In this document: positions 56,501 through 64,000 of the stretch, piece by piece | Numbering within the stretch: the first letter of the stretch is position 1 | How the letters are laid out: the number at the start of each line of letters is the position of its first letter | Assembly: GCA_019721075.1 (NCBI GenBank) | Contig: JAHEAD010000002.1 | Span: 26,949-90,948 of the forward strand | Direction: 5' to 3' | Length of the DNA: 64,000 nt | Origin: Candidatus Sysuiplasma jiujiangense | Lineage (GTDB): Archaea; Thermoplasmatota; Thermoplasmata; Sysuiplasmatales; Sysuiplasmataceae | The notes under the pieces: generated by a model | Databases searched by the model: none | The model's input: only the letters and a program-made list of their open reading frames with translations | Told to the model about the DNA's origin: nothing | Position numbers and translations under genes: made by a program

Positions 56501-58693
56501 GTGATGCGCTTGAAGGATGTTTCATTGAAAGGAGTGGTGGAGTTCACAAACGAAAAACCGTTTGATATTCTCGGCATGCATGAGATCAGCACTTCTTTAA
56601 GTGAGATCAGATGCTACCTGCCGACATCAACGGAGGCGTGGGTGGAAGACAACGAAGGGAGAATAGTCACCAGACTGACTCGGCTAGAAGATACAGGAAT
56701 ATATTCTGCGACAATTGACAGCGGCAGTCTGCCGCAGAACTACCTGGTCTGTTACAGGGATGCCAGCGGTTATGTGGAAAGGAGACACGATCCATACAGC
56801 TTCAGGCCGCAACTGTCGGATTTCGACATATATCTCTTCAGGAAAGGAGAATTGCTGGAGTCGTACAACTCGTTCGGGGCGCATCCTCTGAATGCCGGCG
56901 GTATCGGCGGCGTGAGATTCGTCGTGTGGGCACCAAACGCAAAGGCTGTTTCGGTCGTCGGCAATTTCAACCACTGGACAGAAGGAATGCACCCCATGCA
57001 GAACGTCGCCGACTCCGGGATTTGGGAATTGTTCGTGCCTGATATCGGTGCCGGCGAACTGTATAAATTTGCAATCAGATCCAGCGCCGACGGCAATGTA
57101 AGGATTCGAACAGATCCTTACGCGTTCCAGACGGAAATGAGACCGAGGACCGCCGCCATTGTCGCCGATCTTTCGTTCGGCTGGTCAGACCACGACTGGA
57201 TTGGCAGGAGAAAGGGAGGGAATCGGAGGGAGGAAGCCGTTTCCATATATGAAATACATTTCGGATCGTGGAAAAAGCCTGCCGGAGACAATTTTTTCAA
57301 ATACAGGGAAATAGGAAAGGAAATGATAGCGTATGTGAAAGCTCTTGGCTTCACCCACATAGAATTGCTTCCGGTCATGGAGCATCCGCTGGATGCGTCC
57401 TGGGGGTACCAGGTCATAAACTATTATGCCCCAACCTCAAGGTACGGCGGACCCGGCGACCTGATGTGGTTTGTCAACGAATGTCATCTCAACGACATCG
57501 GTGTGATTCTCGACTGGGTTCCTGCCCATTTCCCGGATGACGAGTACGGCCTTTCGATGTACGACGGGACACATCTCTACGACCATATGGATCCGAGGAA
57601 GGGAAAGCATCCTGACTGGGGCACAAATATATTCAATTATGGAAGGAACGAGGTACGGAACTATCTCATATCAAATGCGCTCTACTGGGCAGACAAATAT
57701 CATGTGGACGGGTTGAGGATAGATGCTGTTTCATCAATGCTCTATCTTGATTATTCCAGAAAGGAGGGGGAGTGGCTGCCAAACAAGTACGGGGGAAGGG
57801 AAAATCTGGAGGCGATAGACTTCATCCGAACGCTCAACGGCACGATGCACGAACGTTTTCCGGGAGTGATGGTCATAGCTGAGGAGTCGACCGCCTGGGG
57901 CGGCGTTACGGGAAACACCGCGTACGGCGGACTTGGCTTTGACTTTAAGTGGAACATGGGCTGGATGCACGATACGCTGGAATATTTTTCAAAGGATGCT
58001 GTTCACAGGAAATACCATCAGAGGAATCTCACGTTCTCTGTCTGGTATGCATTCAGCGAGAGTTTTATACTCCCGCTTTCCCACGACGAGGTTGTCCACG
58101 GCAAGGGATCGATGATAGGCAAGATGCCCGGAGACTACTGGCAGAAGTTTGCAAATCTGAGGTTGTGCTATGCCTATATGTTCGGAAGCCCCGGCAAAAA
58201 ACTGCTCTTCATGGCAAATGAGTTCGGGCAGTGGCTTGAATGGAATGAAAATGTCCAGCTCGACTGGGCCCTCCTTGGTTTCGACATGCACCGAAAACTT
58301 TCCGTCTTTGTCAGCGACCTCAACAGGATGTACAGATCGTCGAGACAGCTTTTTGAACTCGACTGCAATTCCTCAGGATTTCAGTGGATCGATTTCAGCG
58401 ATTCCGACAACAGCGTGATTTCATTCATCAGGCACTCGAAAGACAGGAAAAACAGTCTTATTTTCATTTACAATATGACACCCGTGCCCCGGTATGACTA
58501 CAGGATAGGTGTTCCGTGGAAAGGGCATTACACCGAGCTGCTGAATTCTGATGCAGCCGAATACGGAGGCAGCGGAATGGGCAATTATGGAGGCACAGGC
58601 AGCGAGGAAGTTCCCATGCATGGGCACCGTCAGTCGCTCAGGATCGTCCTTCCGCCGCTGGCCGCAGAGGTGTTCAGGTACGAGGGGAAGTAA
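56501..58693 (+). CDS. glgB: 1,4-alpha-glucan branching enzyme, GH13 (bacterial GlgB type)
   Basis: CBM48 region (VRFVVWAPNAKAVSVVGNFNHW), GH13 catalytic motifs (GFTHIELLPV, DGLRIDAV, EESTAW, FVLPLSHDEVVHGK); 730 aa. Confidence 0.88.
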   Translation: MMRLKDVSLKGVVEFTNEKPFDILGMHEISTSLSEIRCYLPTSTEAWVEDNEGRIVTRLTRLEDTGIYSATIDSGSLPQNYLVCYRDASGYVERRHDPYSFRPQLSDFDIYLFRKGELLESYNSFGAHPLNAGGIGGVRFVVWAPNAKAVSVVGNFNHWTEGMHPMQNVADSGIWELFVPDIGAGELYKFAIRSSADGNVRIRTDPYAFQTEMRPRTAAIVADLSFGWSDHDWIGRRKGGNRREEAVSIYEIHFGSWKKPAGDNFFKYREIGKEMIAYVKALGFTHIELLPVMEHPLDASWGYQVINYYAPTSRYGGPGDLMWFVNECHLNDIGVILDWVPAHFPDDEYGLSMYDGTHLYDHMDPRKGKHPDWGTNIFNYGRNEVRNYLISNALYWADKYHVDGLRIDAVSSMLYLDYSRKEGEWLPNKYGGRENLEAIDFIRTLNGTMHERFPGVMVIAEESTAWGGVTGNTAYGGLGFDFKWNMGWMHDTLEYFSKDAVHRKYHQRNLTFSVWYAFSESFILPLSHDEVVHGKGSMIGKMPGDYWQKFANLRLCYAYMFGSPGKKLLFMANEFGQWLEWNENVQLDWALLGFDMHRKLSVFVSDLNRMYRSSRQLFELDCNSSGFQWIDFSDSDNSVISFIRHSKDRKNSLIFIYNMTPVPRYDYRIGVPWKGHYTELLNSDAAEYGGSGMGNYGGTGSEEVPMHGHRQSLRIVLPPLAAEVFRYEGK

Positions 58694-58695
58694 GC

Positions 58696-60630
58696 ATGCC
58701 AAAGCAGGAAAACTCCATTGTCATTACAGACATTGAGCCGCGCGTCGACTGCGGAAGCTATCCGTCAAAAAGCAGGGTTGGTCTGCCTGTGAAAGTGAAA
58801 GCAAAAATATTCAGGCATGGGACGGAGATTCTTTCGGCCGAAGTCATATACCGGGACAGCAGCAGAAACTGGAGTTCCGTTCCCATGCAGGGTTCCGGAG
58901 AGGATCTCTGGGAAGCGGCTTTTACGCCTGCCAGGAATGACGTGTATCGCTTCACTGTCCAGGCGTGGGTGGACAGATACGCCACATGGGCCAGGGATTT
59001 GTCCAAATGGCTGTCCTCCGGAGAGGATGTATCCGCTGATCTGAAGGACGGGATAAAGCTGCTCGGCGACATATCGTCGAGGGCAAAGGGAGACAGGGAC
59101 AAATTCAGGACCATCATTGCGGATCTGAGCACCCTGCCGGCAGAGGATGCGGTACGCCTTGCGACGGATGAATCGACCCTTGCGCTTGTGCGCAGATACC
59201 AGCTGAGGAGCGAAGCCGCAAGGTTTGAGCCTGAAATTGAAATAATCGTTGACAGGGAAAGGGCTGTTTTCTCATCATGGTATGAACTCTTTCCAAGATC
59301 CCAGTCGGGCATACCGGGCAGGCACGGCACATTCGTCGACTGCGAAAAATCGCTTGATTATGTGAAGTCCATGGGCTTCGATGTCGTATATATAACGCCG
59401 ATTCATCCCATCGGAAGGACCAGCAGGAGAGGGAAAAACGGCTCGACGGCTGCGGAAGTTTCTGATCCAGGCAGCCCATGGGCGATCGGGAGCCCCGAGG
59501 GGGGGCACAAGTCAATTAATCCGCTCCTGGGCACAATGGCCGATTTCAGGCACCTCATAAAGACCGCTGAATCGAAGGGGATGGAGATAGCGATGGATAT
59601 TGCGTTTCAGTGCTCTCCGGACCATCCCTATGTCACAGAGCATCCGGAATGGTTCTACAGAAGGCCGGACGGGACCATCCGGTACGCTGAAAACCCGCCC
59701 AAGAAATATTACGACATATACCCCCTGAATTTCGACACCCGCGACAGGGAGGGGCTATGGCAGGAGCTTAAGAGCATTTTCACCTTCTGGATTGAAGCCG
59801 GAATAAGGATATTCAGAGTGGACAATCCCCACACGAAGCCTTTTCCCTTCTGGAGGTGGGTCATCGGCGAAATCAGGAAGAACAGGCCGGACGTGATTTT
59901 CCTGGCCGAGGCTTTCACGCGTCCTGATGTGATGTACGAACTTTCGAAGATAGGCTTCACCATGTCGTATACATACTTCACATGGAAGAACTTCAACTGG
60001 GAGATAGAGGATTATTTCAGCGAGCTGTCAAACAGCGATAAATCCAGGTTCTTCAGACCTATGCTGTTCACAAATACCCCTGACATACTGCCTTTTGTCC
60101 TTCAGAACGGTGGAAAGCCTGCTTTCATGTCCAGGGCGCTGCTTGCATCAACGCTTTCACCGCTGTGGGGGATATACAGCGGATTCGAGCTGTGCGAAAA
60201 CAGTGCGCTGGAGGGAAGGGAGGAATACATGGATTCCGAAAAATATGAGCTGAAGAACAGGAATGCCGACGCACCGGGAAACATAAGAGAGTTCATTTCT
60301 ACGCTGAACAGGATAAGAAGGGAGAACCCTGCCCTTCAGGAACTCGGCAATATTGAATTTCACAGGATGGAGAATCCGAATCTTGTCTGCTATTCAAGGA
60401 TATCTGAGGACAGGAAAAATATACTGCTGGTTATAGTGAACGTCAACCCGTTTGAAAGACAGGCGGCATTTGTGAACATACCATGGGAAAAACTCGGTAT
60501 TAAGGGAACAGGAAAATTCTATGTCACTGATGCGATTACAGGCGAAAGGTACGAATGGAACGAGGGCGCGAACTACGTTGAACTTGTCCCGGGCATCAGG
60601 CCGGGACACATCCTGAAGGTGGGGATTTGA
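58696..60630 (+). CDS. glgE: Alpha-1,4-glucan:maltose-1-phosphate maltosyltransferase GlgE
   Basis: Long colinear similarity to actinobacterial GlgE: ELFPRS...GFDVVYITPIHPIG...GSPWAIGSPEGGH...AENPPKKYYDIYPLNFD...RVDNPHTKPFPFW...SYTYFTW. Confidence 0.88.
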   Translation: MPKQENSIVITDIEPRVDCGSYPSKSRVGLPVKVKAKIFRHGTEILSAEVIYRDSSRNWSSVPMQGSGEDLWEAAFTPARNDVYRFTVQAWVDRYATWARDLSKWLSSGEDVSADLKDGIKLLGDISSRAKGDRDKFRTIIADLSTLPAEDAVRLATDESTLALVRRYQLRSEAARFEPEIEIIVDRERAVFSSWYELFPRSQSGIPGRHGTFVDCEKSLDYVKSMGFDVVYITPIHPIGRTSRRGKNGSTAAEVSDPGSPWAIGSPEGGHKSINPLLGTMADFRHLIKTAESKGMEIAMDIAFQCSPDHPYVTEHPEWFYRRPDGTIRYAENPPKKYYDIYPLNFDTRDREGLWQELKSIFTFWIEAGIRIFRVDNPHTKPFPFWRWVIGEIRKNRPDVIFLAEAFTRPDVMYELSKIGFTMSYTYFTWKNFNWEIEDYFSELSNSDKSRFFRPMLFTNTPDILPFVLQNGGKPAFMSRALLASTLSPLWGIYSGFELCENSALEGREEYMDSEKYELKNRNADAPGNIREFISTLNRIRRENPALQELGNIEFHRMENPNLVCYSRISEDRKNILLVIVNVNPFERQAAFVNIPWEKLGIKGTGKFYVTDAITGERYEWNEGANYVELVPGIRPGHILKVGI

Positions 60631-62291
60631 TGGTTATCGACAGCAATCCGCTCTGGTACAGGGATGCCGTTTTCTACGAGCTGCACATCAAGTCTTTTTT
60701 CGATTCCAACAACGACGGCATAGGGGACATCAACGGGCTAAGGCTTAAGCTTGATTACCTTGCCGAACTAGGAGTCAGCTGCATCTGGCTCCTCCCGTTC
60801 TACAAATCGCCTATGAAGGACGACGGCTACGACATCTCCGACTACTATTCGATACAGCCGGAGTACGGAACGCTTCAGGATTTTGACAGGCTTGTAGGCG
60901 ATGCGCACTCAAAGGGCATCAGGATAATAGCTGACCTTGTTCTTAACCACTGTTCGGACCAGAATCCGTGGTTCAGGGAGGCGATTTCGGACATTCACGG
61001 CCCGAAGAGGAACTGGTTTGTATGGAGCGACACCGACACCAGATACAAAGGCGTGAGGATAATATTCGTCGATACCGAAACATCAAACTGGGCATGGGAA
61101 CCCAGGACAAAACAGTATTACTGGCACAGATTTTACAGCCATCAGCCGGACCTCAACTACGACAACCCCGAGGTCAGGGAGGAAATCAAGAAGGTTATGC
61201 GCTTCTGGCTCGACAGGGGACTTGACGGCTTCAGGTGCGACGCAGTACCCTATCTCTTCGAACGTGAAGGGACAAACTGCGAAAATCTGCCCGAGACGCA
61301 TGCATACCTGAAGGAGATACGCAGGATGATTGACACAGATTATCCCGGCAGGATACTGCTTGCAGAGGCAAACCAGTGGCCCACCGAGGCAAAGCAGTAT
61401 TTTGGCGACATGGATGAATGCCACATGGCATTCAACTTCCCTCTTATGCCCAGGATATTCATTGCGCTGGCAAAGGAGGATTATTTCCCCATTGTAAACA
61501 TAGTGAAGCAGACGCTTCCCATTCCTGAAAAGTGCGACTGGGGCATATTCCTGAGAAACCATGACGAACTTACGCTCGAAATGGTCACTGACGAAGAAAG
61601 GGACGTTATGTATTCAGAATATGCACGGCATCCGAAGATGCGTCTAAACCTCGGCATAAGGAGGAGGCTTGCGCCGCTTGTCGACAACGACAGGGCAACG
61701 CTTGAGCTGCTGCATGCGCTGATCTTTTCACTGCCCGGCTCACCGATACTGTACTACGGTGACGAAATAGGAATGGGCGACAACATCTTCCTGGGAGACA
61801 GGAACGGCGTCCGGACACCGATGCAATGGTCATACGACAGGAATGCCGGTTTTTCAAGGGCCGATACGGAACAGCTCTTTTCCCCTCCGATAACAAACCC
61901 CAACTACCATTACGAGAGCGTGAACGTGGAGTCTGAGAGCAGGCTGAATACCTCCCTCCTGCACTGGGTCAGGAAGATCATACGCGTGAGGCAGAAGTAC
62001 TCGAAGGCGTTCGGCAGGGGAGAGATTCAGTTTCTTGAGAATGGCAACCGCCATGTCCTCGCCTATCTGAGAAAGTACGAAGAGGAAAAGATACTCTGCA
62101 TATTCAACATTTCAAGGAAGCCGACATTCCTGGAGCTTTCACTGAAGGAATACAGCGGCTACACCCCTGTCGAAATCATAACAGATGTGCCGTTCCCTGC
62201 AATCGGCGAATTGCCTTATTTCTTTACACTCCATCCCAGATCCTTCTTCTGGCTCAGCCTCAAAAAAGAAGACAGGGATGGTCAGCAGTGA
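60630..62291 (+). CDS. treS: Trehalose synthase / maltose alpha-D-glucosyltransferase (TreS, GH13)
   Basis: LWYRDAVFYELHIKSFFDSNNDGIGDINGL...LPFYKSPMKDDGYDISDYY...ADLVLNHCSDQ...GFRCDAV. The ATG at 60630 overlaps the glgE stop; the track lists a TTG at 60627. Confidence 0.88.
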   Translation: MVIDSNPLWYRDAVFYELHIKSFFDSNNDGIGDINGLRLKLDYLAELGVSCIWLLPFYKSPMKDDGYDISDYYSIQPEYGTLQDFDRLVGDAHSKGIRIIADLVLNHCSDQNPWFREAISDIHGPKRNWFVWSDTDTRYKGVRIIFVDTETSNWAWEPRTKQYYWHRFYSHQPDLNYDNPEVREEIKKVMRFWLDRGLDGFRCDAVPYLFEREGTNCENLPETHAYLKEIRRMIDTDYPGRILLAEANQWPTEAKQYFGDMDECHMAFNFPLMPRIFIALAKEDYFPIVNIVKQTLPIPEKCDWGIFLRNHDELTLEMVTDEERDVMYSEYARHPKMRLNLGIRRRLAPLVDNDRATLELLHALIFSLPGSPILYYGDEIGMGDNIFLGDRNGVRTPMQWSYDRNAGFSRADTEQLFSPPITNPNYHYESVNVESESRLNTSLLHWVRKIIRVRQKYSKAFGRGEIQFLENGNRHVLAYLRKYEEEKILCIFNISRKPTFLELSLKEYSGYTPVEIITDVPFPAIGELPYFFTLHPRSFFWLSLKKEDRDGQQ

Positions 62292-63784
62292 CCCTGCGCT
62301 GCACGGATATCCTGGACAGGGAACAGCTCCAGCAGCTGCAGAAAGCAATTACAAGGGAAAGATGGTTTGGAAGCAAGACCAGGCAGCTGGAAAATGTTGA
62401 TTTCTACGATTGCGCCTTTGGAATGCCCGGCGACAACCTCTTCATTCCCGCAATACTGAGATTCACGTTCAGCGACGGCGGCACTGAACTGTACCACGTG
62501 CCCATCGCCATAAGCGAAAACAGTGAAAATGAAAATAACTCCTGGCTGACTTTCTCGAAGGAAGGCAAAAAATACAGCGTGGGGGACGCACTGGGCCATG
62601 CCGGTTACATAAGAAGTTGGCTCGAAGCGGCAAAACACAGCGGCAGGATCGGTTTCATTTCCGGAAGAGTTGAATTCGAGACAACTCCCGAATTTGAACA
62701 GCTTAATATCGATCTTAACGACGAAATAAATCCGATGGGGAGAGAGCAGAGCAATTCCTCATTCCTCATCGGAAGGAGGGCTGTCTACAAGAGCTTCAGG
62801 AAGCTGAACAGTGGCGTCAACCCTGATTTCGAGGTGCCGCGGTTTGTTGCGGAGAGGTCGAAGAGGAAAATCGTTCCCGCACCGCTGGTTTACTGCCGAT
62901 ACGTCGGCGGCGGTGAGTACTCGCTGGGCTGCCTTTCGGAGTTTGTTGAAAACGAGGGCGACTGCTGGTCATACCTCACCTCCAGAATCGCTTCGCTTGT
63001 TGGCGAAGGGGCCAGCACGCCTGATTCGGAGATGGCAGGCGCCGTTGAAGAACTCGCCGCAGTAACATCCGACCTCCATAACACCCTCTCAGCCGGTACG
63101 GGAAAGGCCGATTTTGAGCCCGAGCCGATAACGGAGCAGGATATCGGCCTCTGGATGAGCGAGTTTGAGTCCGTCAGGGCGGATGCGCTTGCAACACTCA
63201 GGGCTGCGATGCCGCTTCCTGACGGGGAGACCAGCATTCTTGCGGGGAAGGTAGCCGCCTTATACGCAGAGGGGAGTCGTCGGGCCGGTGACATGAGAGA
63301 TGCGATTGCCTCCCTGTTGAAGGGACGGAAATACAAGATAAGGATACATGGGGATTATCACCTCGGACAGGTCCTGAAATCAGGAAAGAGCTTCATTGTG
63401 ATAGATTTTGAAGGCGAGCCGATGAGGAGTCTCGAGGAAAGGAGGAAAAGACACTGCGCCCTCAGGGACGTAAGCGGAATGCTGAGGTCCATAGATTACG
63501 CCTTCTCGTATGCAGCGATGGCAGAAGGAAAGGATGCGTCGGCAGTGGCTGAGATGTCGCTCCTCTGCCAGAAGATTTTCATCGATGCCTACTGGAAGAA
63601 TTATTCTCCCGTATGCGAATATCTGCCGGACACCGGGAGTGAGGCTGCCCGGGCAATCGGCTTCTTCATGCTGGAGAAAGCATACTATGAGCTCAGCTAC
63701 GAACTTAACAACAGGCCCGGTTGGGCCGGCATACCGCTGAACGCAATATTATCGAATGCCGAAGCCGGAACAGGGAACTGTTAA
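62288..63784 (+). CDS. mak: Maltokinase (Pep2/Mak; maltose -> maltose-1-phosphate)
   Basis: Aminoglycoside-phosphotransferase-like catalytic region RIHGDYHLGQVLKSGKSFIVIDFEGEP, characteristic of Mak/Pep2; GTG start overlaps the treS stop. Confidence 0.75.
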   Translation: MTLRCTDILDREQLQQLQKAITRERWFGSKTRQLENVDFYDCAFGMPGDNLFIPAILRFTFSDGGTELYHVPIAISENSENENNSWLTFSKEGKKYSVGDALGHAGYIRSWLEAAKHSGRIGFISGRVEFETTPEFEQLNIDLNDEINPMGREQSNSSFLIGRRAVYKSFRKLNSGVNPDFEVPRFVAERSKRKIVPAPLVYCRYVGGGEYSLGCLSEFVENEGDCWSYLTSRIASLVGEGASTPDSEMAGAVEELAAVTSDLHNTLSAGTGKADFEPEPITEQDIGLWMSEFESVRADALATLRAAMPLPDGETSILAGKVAALYAEGSRRAGDMRDAIASLLKGRKYKIRIHGDYHLGQVLKSGKSFIVIDFEGEPMRSLEERRKRHCALRDVSGMLRSIDYAFSYAAMAEGKDASAVAEMSLLCQKIFIDAYWKNYSPVCEYLPDTGSEAARAIGFFMLEKAYYELSYELNNRPGWAGIPLNAILSNAEAGTGNC

Positions 63785-63818
63785 ATACAGATTCTGATCG
63801 AATAGGTGGAGAATCAGC

Positions 63819-64000
63819 ATGGTCAGGGCTGGGAAAGGGAGGCCATATCCTCAGGGCGTGACGCTTGACGAACATGGCGCCAACTTTGCCGTTTATTCGG
63901 AACATGCAACGGGAGTTACGCTCGAACTGTTCGACAGGCACGATGCATCCTCTCCGAAGGAATCCATAGAGCTGAAGGCTGTTGACGGTTACGTCTGGCA
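63819..64000 (+). CDS. glgX: Glycogen debranching enzyme (isoamylase GlgX/TreX type), N-terminal fragment; the gene runs off the window end
   Basis: MVRAGKGRPYPQGVTLDEHGANFAVYSEHATGVTLELFDRHD...IELKAVDGYVW matches the isoamylase N-domain pattern (PLGA..dg.GvNFalfSenAtrVeLcLFd); GGTGGA RBS 8 nt upstream. Confidence 0.7.
   Translation, partial: MVRAGKGRPYPQGVTLDEHGANFAVYSEHATGVTLELFDRHDASSPKESIELKAVDGYVW

Overview
This window is a 64 kb chromosomal segment from an archaeon, most likely in the Thermoplasmatota/Thermoplasmata lineage, with roughly 55-57% GC. Lineage evidence visible in the sequence: the L7Ae-S28e-L24e-Ndk-aIF5B cluster, TFS, PCNA, Alba, RadA, archaeosine synthase and the GGGPS/DGGGPS ether-lipid genes, plus a stand-alone 5S rRNA (about 44.45-44.58 kb) that resembles Thermoplasma-type 5S and is not linked to 16S/23S genes. 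Coding density is high and many start/stop codons overlap by 4 bp.

What is present, in order:
- A 5'-truncated lysA on the minus strand, then the ribosomal/IF cluster.
- Two consecutive MoxR-type AAA+ modules, MoxR-DUF58-DUF4129 and MoxR-vWA, interleaved with small membrane proteins.
- NAD-isocitrate dehydrogenase and a beta-CASP metallo-beta-lactamase nuclease.
- A five-gene Opp/Dpp-type peptide ABC importer on the minus strand, with a 993-aa sequon-rich binding protein and an ATPase that carries a coiled-coil insertion of about 150 aa.
- A CPA2 antiporter, an XRE-like regulator and MTA/SAH deaminase.
- TFS, PCNA, PurN, a split transketolase and transaldolase.
- Two crotonase-fold genes divergent from a ferritin-like diiron-carboxylate protein (ExxH twice, desaturase/R2-like), followed by a geranylgeranyl-reductase paralogue.
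- Trm5, a DUF835 protein, PPDK, Alba, a UPF0200 P-loop protein, DUF92 and the 5S rRNA.
- A membrane-anchored double-zinc-ribbon protein and a Roadblock/LC7 protein.
- pyrBI, ArcS translationally coupled to RadA, a Trm11-like methylase, and a site-2 protease with an Ig-like tail.
- A 4 x 13-bp tandem repeat in a divergent promoter.
- A DGGGPS-GGGPS lipid operon, pdxT and a HIT protein.
- At the 3' end, a tightly coupled bacterial-type GlgE-pathway island (GH13 glgB, glgE, treS, maltokinase, glgX).

Best candidates for unusual or novel biology: the crotonase/diiron/GGR cluster, the GlgE island in an archaeal background, the tandem MoxR membrane modules, and the insertion-bearing ABC ATPase. No CRISPR array, tRNA, transposase or integrase could be recognised by eye.
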